DNA of 64,000 nt from an uncultured Gemmatimonadales bacterium. Its GTDB lineage: Bacteria > Gemmatimonadota > Gemmatimonadetes > Longimicrobiales > Longimicrobiaceae. The DNA lies in NCBI GenBank assembly GCA_963716255.1, contig OY970303.1, positions 2,656,001 to 2,720,000 of the forward strand. Direction: 5' to 3'. The notes under the pieces were generated by a model. It saw only the letters and a program-made list of their open reading frames with translations, had not been told where the DNA came from and made no database searches. Each line of letters opens with the position of its first letter. Positions within the stretch are counted from its first letter, which is position 1. The position numbers and the translations under genes were made by a program. Shown here in pieces: positions 31,599 to 41,310 of this stretch.

Positions 31599-32063
31599 AT
31601 GCGTGTTCTCACGCTCGTCTGTGCCGCCGCGGCCCTGGCCGCCTGCACGCCCCGCATCAACACCAACCCGGAGACCGGGAAGGTGGACGTGGACATGGAG
31701 CCGGTCACCCAGCGCGGCGAGGTGTGGAACGCCGCCATCGCCTCGCAGGGCGGGTCCGCCGTGCGGGGGACCACCACCGCCACGGTGCGCGAGGGCCACA
31801 CGGCCGCCAACATCTCCATCACCGGCGGCACGCCGGGCGGCACGCACCCCTGGCACATCCACGAGGGCACCTGCGCCAGCGGCGGACCCATCGTGGGGCC
31901 GGCCAACGCCTACGCGCCCCTCCAGGTGGCCAGCAACGGCGCCGCCACCGCCGAGGCGCACCTGATGCTCACGCTCAACGAGGCGCGCGACTACCACGTC
32001 AACGTGCACGCGTCGCCGTCGGAGATGGGCAACATCATCGCCTGCGGCCCCCTGAACGACTAG
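31599..32063 (+). CDS. Lipoprotein with Cu/Zn-SOD-like/CHRD-like domain
   Basis: Lipobox LAAC; HPWHIHEGTC, VNVH, IIACG. Confidence 0.65.
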   Translation: MRVLTLVCAAAALAACTPRINTNPETGKVDVDMEPVTQRGEVWNAAIASQGGSAVRGTTTATVREGHTAANISITGGTPGGTHPWHIHEGTCASGGPIVGPANAYAPLQVASNGAATAEAHLMLTLNEARDYHVNVHASPSEMGNIIACGPLND

Positions 32064-32103
32064 TTCGGCGAGAGCAGGTGAAACTGCAACGGCTAACGAC
32101 TGC

Positions 32104-32237
32104 GGGTTCGGGCGTGCCCCCGGCTGGCGCCGGGGTCGGGCTTCGGCTCCGTAAAGCAGCAAACAACGCTGCTTAACGGAGTCGAGCCCCCGCAAACTGC
32201 GCGGGGTCTCGCCCCTCCGGGCCGAAATCCCTCACGC
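32104..32237 (+). repeat. Family-1 structured intergenic repeat, copy 6
   Basis: Consensus match; variable stem AAGCAGC/GCTGCTT. Confidence 0.95.
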
Positions 32238-32401
32238 AAATTCTCGCCAGTACTCCAGATCCAGCAGTTGCCCCCTCTCCCAGAATGGCGCTTCACGCTT
32301 CGCGTGAACCGGATGAAGGGAGAGGGTGGCGGCTCTAAGGCCGCCGGGTGAGGGCGGGGCCGGCCTGCTACGCGAGAGGGACGCTCCGGTTGGGCGTCCC
32401 T

Positions 32402-32839
32402 CTAGTCGTTGCGGCCGGGCTTGGCGTCCGGGGGCGGGTCGCGCTCGGCGATCCAGCGGAGCAGCGCCGCTTCCAGGGCGCGGGCGCCGGGCTGGCCGCG
32501 CGCGGGGGCGAAGATCCCCGTGAGCTTTTCCACGGCCTGCTCCGGGTCGTCCGGGAGGAGGGCGCGCAGGTCGTCCTCCAGGCGCACCGGGCCGAAGCGG
32601 GCGCGGGGCTCGGCCACGCGGCGGGCACGCTTTCGCGGCTCCGCGCGGACGCGCGCCTCGCGGAGCTCCGCGAGGTACGCCTCGCCCAGTTTGCGCAGCG
32701 TGCGGTCCTGGGGGCGGGTGTCCGCGCGGATGAACTGCCGCAGCCCCTCCACCGACATGCGGAAGCGGCGCGCGGCCTTGCGGCTGGAGGTGCGCGTGGC
32801 GACGTCGTCCGCCCAGGCGCGCAGCACGGCCACGGGCAC
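32402..32839 (-). CDS. Hypothetical protein, possible XRE-like HTH
   Basis: TSSRKAARRFRMSVEGLRQFI..PQDRTLRKL resembles a helix-turn-helix. Confidence 0.45.
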   Translation of the reverse strand: MPVAVLRAWADDVATRTSSRKAARRFRMSVEGLRQFIRADTRPQDRTLRKLGEAYLAELREARVRAEPRKRARRVAEPRARFGPVRLEDDLRALLPDDPEQAVEKLTGIFAPARGQPGARALEAALLRWIAERDPPPDAKPGRND

Positions 32840-33452
32840 GTCCCGCCAGGAGTCCGGGCCGTACGGGCCAGGCGGCTCTCCGCCCTGGCAATTTCGTCCA
32901 TTATCGAGGCTGGCGCACCGGAGACCCTACGCTCCGGCCGCGCCGCGCGCAAGGGTTGACGCCTACGGACCAAGCCGGCGGCGCCGCGCGGCGTCCACGA
33001 CGTCCACGAACACCACCCTGAAGACGGCACGAATCAGGGAAGTAAAGACTCCTCCGGATTCCCTACCTTACGTGCCCGTTTCCTGGGCGTCGTCAAAAGG
33101 ATGCGCCGGGCGCGGAGATTGGGAGCGGCTGCAGCCTGCCCGTTAGCGTAAGCGCAGCAGCGAGCCTCCGCTACGCCCGGACCCCGTCCACGGAGGTCCA
33201 CATTTATTTCGGCTTTTGTTCGGCTTGCCCTATTGCGCTTGGGCGGATCGCGACACATATTGTGAAACCCCGAGGAAACGATCGATGCCCGAGCCGTGCC
33301 CCCGCAGTCCGGACTGGCGCGTAGCTCGGCGTCTCCCTGACGCGACGAGCGTCCTCGTGGTGCCCCGCCGGCTGGTGTGCGGAACCGTGGCCGGTCGATC
33401 CGGCCCCCGCACGGCGGGTGCGCAGGAACCTCTACCTCTCAAGGACACCCCC

Positions 33453-34106
33453 ATGAGTCCTCCCCTGAGCAGGCGCCGGCGGCCGCGCGCGACCAAGCAC
33501 GCGAGCGACTTCCGGCCTCCGGACGCGCTGGACGTGGAGATCCTGGACACGCAGATGGAGATGTCGAACGCGCTGACGTACTGCGTGGAGATGCGGGAGT
33601 ACCAGTTCCAGACCGTGTCGCACTGCGCGCGCGTGGCGATGACGGCGCGGTGGCTGGCGCAGCAGGCGGGGGTGCGGGGGGACCAGCTCGCCGACGTGGA
33701 GTACGCCGCCCGGATGCACGAGGTCGGGATGGTGGCGATCCCGGCGAAGCTGGTGAAGAAGAAGGGCCCGCTCACCCCCGAGGAGCTGGGCCGCATCCGC
33801 TCGCAGGCGCGGATCGGGGCGGAGATCGCGCGCACCATGCAGCGCCCGCTCGCGGCGCTGATGATCGAGCACCAGTACACCGACTACGCAACGCTGGAGC
33901 GCAAGTTCTCCCCGGACAGCCTGGAGTTCCTGCTCATCGGCATCCTGCGCGTGGCCGACGTGTTCGACGCCATGATGCGCCCCCGGCCCTACCAGAGCCC
34001 CCTCCCCGAGAACCGCCGCCTGGAGATCCTCCGCGACGGCGCCGGCACCAAGTTCCACCCGGAAGCGGTGGAAGCGCTGCTGCACGTGCGGGGAAACCTG
34101 AACTGA
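33453..34106 (+). CDS. Stand-alone degenerate HD-GYP-like domain protein
   Basis: HCARVA, MHEVG, KGPLTPEE, VADVFDAM..PRPY, GTKFHP. Confidence 0.8.
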   Translation: MSPPLSRRRRPRATKHASDFRPPDALDVEILDTQMEMSNALTYCVEMREYQFQTVSHCARVAMTARWLAQQAGVRGDQLADVEYAARMHEVGMVAIPAKLVKKKGPLTPEELGRIRSQARIGAEIARTMQRPLAALMIEHQYTDYATLERKFSPDSLEFLLIGILRVADVFDAMMRPRPYQSPLPENRRLEILRDGAGTKFHPEAVEALLHVRGNLN

Positions 34107-34157
34107 CAGGGCTCATCGGTTCACGCGAAGCGTGAAGCGCCACAGGGAACAGCCTGC

Positions 34158-34213
34158 AACGACAAAACGGCGCCCCTACCTCGGAACTGAGGTGGGGGCG
34201 CCGTTTTGTCGTT
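34158..34213. terminator. Long hairpin between convergent genes
   Basis: AACGACAAAACGGCGCCCC..GGGGCGCCGTTTTGTCGTT. Confidence 0.7.
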
Positions 34214-34242
34214 CGCAGTTCCGTCGTACCCACATCCATCTG

Positions 34243-34379
34243 TGCGGAGGGAGACAGCCGGGTAGTTTCGGCTGGCTCACTCCGGCGCAGGGAGACTCGC
34301 CGGCCGTTTGGCGAGGCTCCCGGAGCCCGCGGAGGAGACCGGCGGGGCAGTTTCCGCCGGGCTCCGCAGCGGCCCCACC
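34243..34379 (+). repeat. Family-2 triple-hairpin repeat, copy A
   Basis: TGCGGAGGGAGAC start, three GAGAC-stem-GGYNGTTT-stem-GGCTC units, AGCGGCCCCACC end; related to 41311-41448. Confidence 0.8.
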
Positions 34380-34402
34380 TGCACGCCTACACGCTCAGAA
34401 CT

Positions 34403-35287
34403 TCAGGGCGTCTGCTTGGTCGCCTCCCGCTCACGCGCACGCTCGCGCTCACGGGCCGCGCGCGCCCGGGCGGGACCGTCGTCCACGGCGGCATCCAGCC
34501 CCATGCCCGGGTACTCGGTGCCGCGCATGCGCACCTTGGCCACCGCGGCCAGGCTGCGCCGGGTGCGGGCGAGCGTCTCCACGAAGGTGGTGGTGTAGGC
34601 GTACACCACCTCGCCGCCGTAGTACGCCTCGATCATGTACAGCTCGTGCGGCTGGTAGCTGCGGAGCTGCTCCAGCCCGGCCGGGGCGTACTCCTCGTCG
34701 ATGTAGACGGCGACCCGCGTGAGGCGGCCGCGGATCATGGCGCACCCCAGGTCGGTGTTGCGGCTGCTGCACGGGAGGAGGCGCATGCCGGTGCGGATGG
34801 GGAGCACCTCCAGCGCGTTGGGCGCGGCGCTGGCCAGGATGTCCGTCCGCTCCACCGCGTACACGCTGGTCCCCGCGGAGCGGCGGCGGGTCTCGAAGCG
34901 GTCCGCCACCACGGTGATCCCCTCCAGCACCTCCGGGCGGGGGAGGAGCCCGGCGGTGTAGGCGGCGCCGTCCTCGTTGGCGTCCACCTCCTGGTCCCAG
35001 GAGGCGTAGCCGATGCGGCTGACGATCCAGCGCTGCGTGCCGGAGGGGATCTCGCGCAGCACGAAGCGCCCCTGGTCGTCGGTGCCCACCATGCGGCCCA
35101 GCGCGGGGAGCGAGACGACGGCGTCGCGAAGCGGCGCCCCGGTGGACACGTCGCGGACCTCGCCGCGCACGGTGATCCGGGACGGCTGCGCGCTTCGTGT
35201 GTCCTGCGCGTCCTGCGCGGCCACGGGAGCGGCGAGCGCCAGCGCCAGGAGGGCGGGCAGGAGCGGCAGACTACGTTGGACAGGCAT
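34403..35287 (-). CDS. Secreted protein with carboxypeptidase-regulatory-like domain and plug-like region
   Basis: Signal peptide, VRGEVRD..TGAPL, TDDQGRF, SRIGYA, LEGITV, YIDE. Confidence 0.7.
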   Translation of the reverse strand: MPVQRSLPLLPALLALALAAPVAAQDAQDTRSAQPSRITVRGEVRDVSTGAPLRDAVVSLPALGRMVGTDDQGRFVLREIPSGTQRWIVSRIGYASWDQEVDANEDGAAYTAGLLPRPEVLEGITVVADRFETRRRSAGTSVYAVERTDILASAAPNALEVLPIRTGMRLLPCSSRNTDLGCAMIRGRLTRVAVYIDEEYAPAGLEQLRSYQPHELYMIEAYYGGEVVYAYTTTFVETLARTRRSLAAVAKVRMRGTEYPGMGLDAAVDDGPARARAARERERAREREATKQTP

Positions 35288-35557
35288 GGCTCGCCTCCGG
35301 GAGCGGGAGGGAAGGACGGAGCAGGGGCGGGGAGCTGCCCGAGCAGAACAACCTTCCGCAAGGTACGTGCACGGACGGCCGGAGGACAAGAAACTCGGTC
35401 GCGCCCGCGCGGACGACCCGCCGTGGGTGCCACCCACCGCCGCGCCTGGCCTGCGCATGCGGTGGACGTCGCCAGGGTGCACGGGGTCGCGCAGCGTGGG
35501 TGCGCGGGTTAGAATCTGGGCGACGCGAACCCTCTGCCCACCGCGAAGCGAGCGAGC

Positions 35558-36397
35558 ATGGACGGCACCTCCGCAGGCGGCGCGCAGCGCCCGATCCTCG
35601 CCCACACGCGCGTCGCCGCGGCGGGGCGCACGCCCGAGCGCTGGCTCCTGGTGCTGCACGGCATCTACGGGAGCGGGCGCAACTGGGGCACCGTGGCGCG
35701 GCGGGTGGTGGACGCCCGTCCGGAGTGGGGCGCGCTGCTGGTGGACCTGCGGCTGCACGGCCAGTCCCGCGGCTTCACCGGGCCGCACACCCTGGCGGCG
35801 AGCGCGGCGGACGTGGACGCGCTGGTGGAGAGCCTGGACTTCCACGCGGCGGCGGTGCTGGGGCACTCGTTCGGCGGCAAGGTGGCGCTGATGTACGCCG
35901 AGCACCACGGCGAGGGGCTGCGCCAGGCGTGGATCATGGACTCCACCCTGGCTGTCCGCGAGCCGTCCGGGAGCGCGTGGCGGATGATCGAGACGGTGCG
36001 GTCGCTCCCGCCGGAGTTCGCGTCCCGCGCGGAGGCCGTGGCGGGAATCGAGCGCGCCGGGTACCCGACGGGGCTTGCGCAGTGGTTCGCCATGAACCTG
36101 GAGCCGCAGGACGGGGTGTACCGGTGGCGGCTGGACGTCGACGGGGTGGAGGAGATGCTGCGCGACTTCTTCCGCACCGACCTGTGGCACGTGGTGGAGG
36201 ACCCGCCCGCCGCGGCCGAGATCCACATCGTCAAGGCGACCGAATCGGACTCGCTGGACGAGGAGGCGATGGCCCGCGTGGAGGCCGCGGGGCGGGCGAG
36301 CGGGCGCGTCTTCCTGCACCGCCTGGTGGGCGGCCACTGGATCAACACCGACAACCCGGACGACGTCGTCCAGCTCCTGGTGGACAACCTCGCGTAG
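35558..36397 (+). CDS. Alpha/beta hydrolase (YbfF/ABHD11-like)
   Basis: LHGIYGSGRNW, VDLRLHG, GHSFGGKVA, GHWI. Confidence 0.88.
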   Translation: MDGTSAGGAQRPILAHTRVAAAGRTPERWLLVLHGIYGSGRNWGTVARRVVDARPEWGALLVDLRLHGQSRGFTGPHTLAASAADVDALVESLDFHAAAVLGHSFGGKVALMYAEHHGEGLRQAWIMDSTLAVREPSGSAWRMIETVRSLPPEFASRAEAVAGIERAGYPTGLAQWFAMNLEPQDGVYRWRLDVDGVEEMLRDFFRTDLWHVVEDPPAAAEIHIVKATESDSLDEEAMARVEAAGRASGRVFLHRLVGGHWINTDNPDDVVQLLVDNLA

Positions 36398-36485
36398 CGG
36401 GAGCAGCGCGGGCCGCGAACGGGAATTGCGATCCGTGCGCGGATTCGCAGTCCGCCGCGCCAACCACCGACCCGGAGCCGACCCC

Positions 36486-37091
36486 ATGCGCCGTCCCCCG
36501 CTCGCAGCAGCCGCGCTGCTCCTCGCCGCACTCGCCGCGTGCATGCCCTCCGACGAGGGCGCGCCGGAAGCGGCCCCAGGCAGCACCACGCCCGCTCCCG
36601 ACCCGCAGGAGGCGCCGCACCCCGCCGCGGGCGCCCCGGAGGCCGGCGGAGACGGGTGGACGGTCGGCCTGCGCGGCGCCGGCCCCGCGCAGGTGGGGAC
36701 GCCGCTCGCCGCCGCGGCGGCCGCCCTCGGGGCCACGCCGGACACCGCGACGGAACGCGGCGGATGCGGCTACCTGCGCTCCGCCGCGCGCCCCGGCGTG
36801 AGGGTGATGGTCAACGAGGGGCAGGTCGCGCGGGTGGACGTGGACAGCGCCGGGATCCAGACCGCGGAGGGCGCCGCCGTGGGCGACGCGGAGGCGCGCG
36901 TGCGCGAGCTGTACGCCGGCCGCGTCACGGAGTCGCCGCACAAGTACACCGACGGCCGCTACCTCACCGTCACCCCGCAGGCGCCCGCGGACAGCGCGTT
37001 CCGCCTGGTGTTCGAGACCGACGGCGCAAAGGTGACCCGGTACCGTGCCGGGCGGCTTCCCGAGATCGAGTGGGTGGAGGGGTGTTCGTGA
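36486..37091 (+). CDS. Hypothetical lipoprotein
   Basis: Lipobox LAAC; PHKYT..YL and C-terminal WVEGCS. Confidence 0.7.
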   Translation: MRRPPLAAAALLLAALAACMPSDEGAPEAAPGSTTPAPDPQEAPHPAAGAPEAGGDGWTVGLRGAGPAQVGTPLAAAAAALGATPDTATERGGCGYLRSAARPGVRVMVNEGQVARVDVDSAGIQTAEGAAVGDAEARVRELYAGRVTESPHKYTDGRYLTVTPQAPADSAFRLVFETDGAKVTRYRAGRLPEIEWVEGCS

Positions 37092-37096
37092 ACGTT

Positions 37097-37231
37097 GGAT
37101 CTGGGCGTGCCCCCGGCTGGCGCCGGGGTCGGGCTTCGGCTCCGTAGAGCAGCAAACAACGCTGCTCAACGGAGTCGAGCCCCGGCAAACAGCCGCCGGG
37201 TCTCGCCCCTTCGGGCCGAAATCCCTCACGC
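37097..37231 (+). repeat. Family-1 structured intergenic repeat, copy 7
   Basis: Consensus match; variable stem GAGCAGC/GCTGCTC. Confidence 0.95.
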
Positions 37232-37259
37232 GACGGCGGGGCACCTCCCCCCGGCCCCC

Positions 37260-37311
37260 TCTCCCAGAATTGGGAGAGGGTGGCGAGCCTCAAGCGAGCC
37301 GGGTGAGGGCC
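37260..37311 (+). repeat. REP-like repeat (family 3)
   Basis: Identical 52-mer to 29541-29592. Confidence 0.85.
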
Positions 37312-37318
37312 TTCCGTT

Positions 37319-38656
37319 CTACCCTACCAGCACCAGCACGAGGTCGTTGACGTTGGTGCCGGTGGGGCCGGTGACCACCAGGTCGCCGCTGGCGCGGAGG
37401 AAGGTGTGCGCGTCGTTGCGCTCCAGGGCGTCGCGCGCCTCCAGGCCGGCCGCCCGTCCGCGTGCGACCGTCCCTCCGTCCACCATGCCGCCCGCCGCGT
37501 CGGTGGGGCCGTCGCGGCCGTCGGTGCCCACGGCGGCGACCAGCAGGCCGGGCTCGCCCTCGATCTCCAGCGCGGCCGCCAGGGCGAGCTCCTGGCTCCG
37601 CCCTCCCCGCCCGCGGCCCCGCACCGTGACGGTGGTCTCGCCGCCCAGCAGGAAGGCCGCCGGCGCGCGGGCCGAGTCGCCCTCGGCGTGGGCGCCCCAG
37701 GCGAGCGCAGCCACCTCCGTGGCCACCTCGCGGGCCTCGCCCTCCATGTCGTCGAGCACCACGACCGTGCGGTAGCCCAGGCGCTCGGCCTCCTCGGCGG
37801 CGGCGGCGAGCGCGTCGCGGTTGCTCGCGACCACGCGGTACGAGGCGCGCGCGAAGGCCGGATCCCGCGGCTTCGGCGTTTCCGGCGCCTCCCCCAGGTG
37901 TCCGCGCTGGAGGTGGGCCCGCACCGCGGGCGGCACGTCCACCTCGCGGCGGCGCAGCACCTCCAGCGCGTCGCCGAAGGTGGTGGGATCCGGCACCGTG
38001 GGCCCCGAGCCGATGGCGTCGGGCGCGGAGCCCACCACGTCCGACACGGCGAGGGTGACCACGCGCGCCGGGGCCGCGGCGCGCGCCAGCCACCCCCCGG
38101 CGATGCGCGACAGGTGCCTGCGCACCGCGTTGATCTCCGCGATGGGCGCCCCGGCGCGCAGCAGCCGCTCCGTGGTCGCGCGCAGCTCCGAGAGCGACAC
38201 CCCCGCGGGCGGCGCCGGCCACAGCGCCGACGCCCCGCCCGAGAGCAGGCACAGGACCAGGTCGTCCTCGCCGGCGGCGCGCGCGGTCTCCAGCGCGGCC
38301 GTGGCGCCGGCCAGCCCGTGCGTGTCCGGCACCGGGTGCGACGCCATCCACACCTCCAGCCCCGGGAGCCGCGGAACCGGCCCGCCCGCGGGGACCGTGA
38401 CCGTCCCGCCCGCGACCCGGTCCCCCAGCACCTCCAGCGCCCCCCGCGCCATCCCCGCCGCCGCCTTCCCCGCCCCCACGATCCACACCCGCCCCACGCC
38501 GCCCAGCTCCGCCGTCTCCCCGCCGGCGACGCGCAGCAGCTCCCCCTCGCGCGACAGCGCGCGCAGCACCGCCGCGCGCGGCTCCGCCGCCGCGATCCCC
38601 GCGTCCAGGATGCGCCGCGCGTCCGCGCGCAGCCGGGCGTCGTCGAGGGCGGTCAA
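37319..38656 (-). CDS. Glycerate kinase type 2 (DUF4147/MOFRL)
   Basis: GAGKAA, SHPVPD, LSGGASAL, SDVVG, GGETTV, GTDGRDG, TGPTGTNVND; TTG start assumed. Confidence 0.92.
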   Translation of the reverse strand: MTALDDARLRADARRILDAGIAAAEPRAAVLRALSREGELLRVAGGETAELGGVGRVWIVGAGKAAAGMARGALEVLGDRVAGGTVTVPAGGPVPRLPGLEVWMASHPVPDTHGLAGATAALETARAAGEDDLVLCLLSGGASALWPAPPAGVSLSELRATTERLLRAGAPIAEINAVRRHLSRIAGGWLARAAAPARVVTLAVSDVVGSAPDAIGSGPTVPDPTTFGDALEVLRRREVDVPPAVRAHLQRGHLGEAPETPKPRDPAFARASYRVVASNRDALAAAAEEAERLGYRTVVVLDDMEGEAREVATEVAALAWGAHAEGDSARAPAAFLLGGETTVTVRGRGRGGRSQELALAAALEIEGEPGLLVAAVGTDGRDGPTDAAGGMVDGGTVARGRAAGLEARDALERNDAHTFLRASGDLVVTGPTGTNVNDLVLVLVG

Positions 38657-38806
38657 CGAACGGATAGGGAACAGGGAATAGGGTTGTATCGGTGCACGCG
38701 CAGCGTGCAGCGGCACAGGGAACAGCCTGCAACGACAACGGCGCCCCCCGACGACGGCGGGGGACAGAAAGCCCGGAGCCGCACCCGCGGACGCCAGCGA
38801 GGGCCC

Positions 38807-38943
38807 GCGTGAGGGATTTCGGCCCGGAGGGGCGAGACCCGGCGGGGCTGTTTCCGCCGGGTCTCGACTCCGTTACGCACGGTCGTTTCGTGCGTTACGG
38901 AGCCGAAGCCCGACCCGGCGCCAGCCGGGGCACGCCCGAACCC
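38807..38943 (-). repeat. Family-1 structured intergenic repeat, copy 8
   Basis: Consensus match; lies between divergent genes. Confidence 0.95.
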
Positions 38944-39029
38944 GCAGTAAAATGCTGTCAAAGTCGTCACCTCCGGAGCGCCCGGTTCTTGCGTACGAAA
39001 CCGCCCTGGACACCAGCGGAGGACGAGCC

Positions 39030-39410
39030 ATGCAAAAGGCGCACACGAGGATCACCCTGCTGCTGGCGGGAGCGCTGCTGGCGGGGTGCGAGGGAAACAA
39101 CCTCTTCCCCACGGACCCCATAGGATCGGGGGGCGGCGGGCCGGGGAGCGTCGGCGGGCAGGTGACGGCCGGCGGCGCGGGGGTCGCCGGGGCGGTGGTC
39201 TCGGTGACGGGCGGCGCGGCGGACAGCACGGACGCGGCGGGGCGGTACAGCATCGAAGGGCTGGGCCAGGGCGCCTACCGGGTGTTCCTGCAGGTGCCGG
39301 TGGGATTCGCCCTGGCGGCGGGGGACAGCGCGGCGCGCACCGTGGCCGTGGCGCAGGGGCAGGACGTGACCGTGAACTGGCAGCTTCTGGCGTCCGCCGG
39401 CGGCACCTGA
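39030..39410 (+). CDS. Lipoprotein with carboxypeptidase-regulatory-like domain
   Basis: GGAGG RBS, lipobox LLAGC, TDAAGRYSIEGL..GAY. Confidence 0.75.
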   Translation: MQKAHTRITLLLAGALLAGCEGNNLFPTDPIGSGGGGPGSVGGQVTAGGAGVAGAVVSVTGGAADSTDAAGRYSIEGLGQGAYRVFLQVPVGFALAAGDSAARTVAVAQGQDVTVNWQLLASAGGT

Positions 39411-39433
39411 CGCGCCGCGCCGGGGCCCGGCGG

Positions 39434-40375
39434 TCACCCCGGCCCGCCCACGGGGGTGGGCGGCGCGGCGCCGGTGAGCACCGCGTGGGCGTTGCGGGCG
39501 GCCAGCATCGCCATGCGCGTGCGCGTGTCCCGCGTGGCGGAACCCACGTGCGGGAGGAGGACGACGCCGGGCAGCTCCAGGAGCGCGGGATGCACCGCCG
39601 GCTCGCGCTCGTACACGTCCAGCCCGGCCCCCGCCAGCCGACCCTCCCGGAGCGCGTCCGCCAGCGCGGCCTCGTCCACCAGCGGACCCCGCGCGGTGTT
39701 GACCAGCACGCTCCCCGGCCGCATCCGCCCGAGCGCCGCGGCGTCCAGCAGGTGCCGGGTCTCCGGCGTGAGCGGCGCGTGCAGCGTCAGCACGTCGCTC
39801 GCGGCGAGCAGCCCGTCCCGGTCCGTCCACTCCGCCCCCAGCGCGCGCTCCTCCGCCTCCGGGAGACGCGTGCGCGACGTGTAGCGGATCCGCATGCCGA
39901 ACCCCACGGCCCGCCGCGCCACCGCCCGGCCGATCCGCCCCATTCCCACGATCCCCAGCGTGCGCCCGGACAGGTCGCCGCCCAGGTAGTCCCAGAAGCC
40001 CCAGCCGTGGAACTCCCCCGCGCGCAGCGAGCGCTCCGCCTGGGGGAGCCGCCGCACCGTGGCCAGGATCAGCGCCCAGGTGAGGTCGGCGGTGGCCTCG
40101 GTGAGCACGTCCGGCGTGTGGGTGACCACGATGCCGCGCGCGCGGCAGGCGGCCAGGTCCACGTGGTCGTGGCCCACCGTGGGGCAGGCGACCACGCGCA
40201 GCCGGGGGGCACGCTCCAGCAGGGCGGCGTCCACGCGCACGGTGAGGAGCGGGAGGAGCGCGGCGGCGTCGCCGAGCCACGCCTCCCAGCGCTCGGGGCC
40301 GCGCACCTCGCCGACGCCGCGCAGCAGCGCCAGCGCCTCGTCGGGGAGCGGGAGCGTGGTGACGACGGCGGCCAC
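39434..40375 (-). CDS. D-glycerate dehydrogenase/glyoxylate reductase (D-2-hydroxyacid dehydrogenase)
   Basis: TPDVLTEATAD, GIVGMGRIG, VNTARG, GLDVYERE, LPHVGSAT. Confidence 0.9.
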   Translation of the reverse strand: MAAVVTTLPLPDEALALLRGVGEVRGPERWEAWLGDAAALLPLLTVRVDAALLERAPRLRVVACPTVGHDHVDLAACRARGIVVTHTPDVLTEATADLTWALILATVRRLPQAERSLRAGEFHGWGFWDYLGGDLSGRTLGIVGMGRIGRAVARRAVGFGMRIRYTSRTRLPEAEERALGAEWTDRDGLLAASDVLTLHAPLTPETRHLLDAAALGRMRPGSVLVNTARGPLVDEAALADALREGRLAGAGLDVYEREPAVHPALLELPGVVLLPHVGSATRDTRTRMAMLAARNAHAVLTGAAPPTPVGGPG

Positions 40376-40379
40376 GCGG

Positions 40380-40919
40380 CTACCCGAGCGGCTTCTGCCA
40401 GAGCGCCAGGTGCGCCATGTCCAGCCCCAGCGCCTGGTGCTCCGCGATGCTCATGCGCGCGAACCCCAGCGCGGGGAGCACCTTCCCCGCCCGCAGGTCG
40501 CGCGTGGACACGCCGGTGCGCAGGCGGCGGATCCCCCGCCCCGCCAGCCACGCCTCCAGCGCGCCCAGCGCCTCGCGCGCCACCCCCTGCCCGCGCCGCT
40601 CGGGCACCACCAGGAGCATTCCCAGCAGCGCCAGGTCGGGCTCCGGGTGGCCGGCCCACCACCCCAGCGCCGCCGCCGGCTCGCCGCTGTCGCGCAGCGA
40701 CGCCAGCGCCACGCCGCGCCCCGGCGTGGCGGCGCACCCGCGCAGTTCCTGCTCGGCCGCGTCGGGGGCCGGCTCGGGGCGGCCGGTGACGCCCAGGAAG
40801 TGGTCGCCCGCCGCCGCGAACACCGCCTGGAGCGCGGACGCGTCCTCCGGGGCCAGCGCGCGCAGGGTGAGGCGGGGGGTCGGGGGGAACGGGGGCGCGC
40901 CTTCCGGGTCGCGGGTCAC
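40380..40919 (-). CDS. GNAT-family acetyltransferase
   Basis: TPRLTLRAL, LLVVPERRGQGVA acetyl-CoA motif, LGF. Confidence 0.75.
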   Translation of the reverse strand: MTRDPEGAPPFPPTPRLTLRALAPEDASALQAVFAAAGDHFLGVTGRPEPAPDAAEQELRGCAATPGRGVALASLRDSGEPAAALGWWAGHPEPDLALLGMLLVVPERRGQGVAREALGALEAWLAGRGIRRLRTGVSTRDLRAGKVLPALGFARMSIAEHQALGLDMAHLALWQKPLG

Positions 40920-41100
40920 GTAGCTCTTTCGTGGCAATGGTTTGCGCCCCTGCGGCTCGCGGGGCGGCTCGCAGGGAAGTTGCCGGGATGGCAGGCGCGG
41001 CGTCAAGTTCCAGGCGCGGCCCGGGCGGTCCTCCGGGCGCGCAGAGCGGCGGCGCCTTGCGGCGGAGCGGGGGAATCGGGACGGCCCTACACGGGGGGAG

Positions 41101-41292
41101 ATGAGCGTACAGCTGGAGTCGCGCCACTTCTTTTTGGCGCGGGACACGGTGCGGAGCGCCGCCGGGGTGATGGGCGAGGTGGTGGAGGCGATGGCGCTGT
41201 ACGCCGTGGTCCGCTGGGAGGACGGGCGCGAGGAGGAGGTGGACCAGCTCGACCCGTGGATCACCGTGGTCGAGCGGGCGAGCCGCGAGTAG
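41101..41292 (+). CDS. Small hypothetical protein (SH3-like)
   Basis: GGGGAG RBS; GEVVE..YAVVRWEDGREEEVDQ. Confidence 0.55.
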   Translation: MSVQLESRHFFLARDTVRSAAGVMGEVVEAMALYAVVRWEDGREEEVDQLDPWITVVERASRE

Positions 41293-41310
41293 GTGCGTTC
41301 GTCGGGTCTG

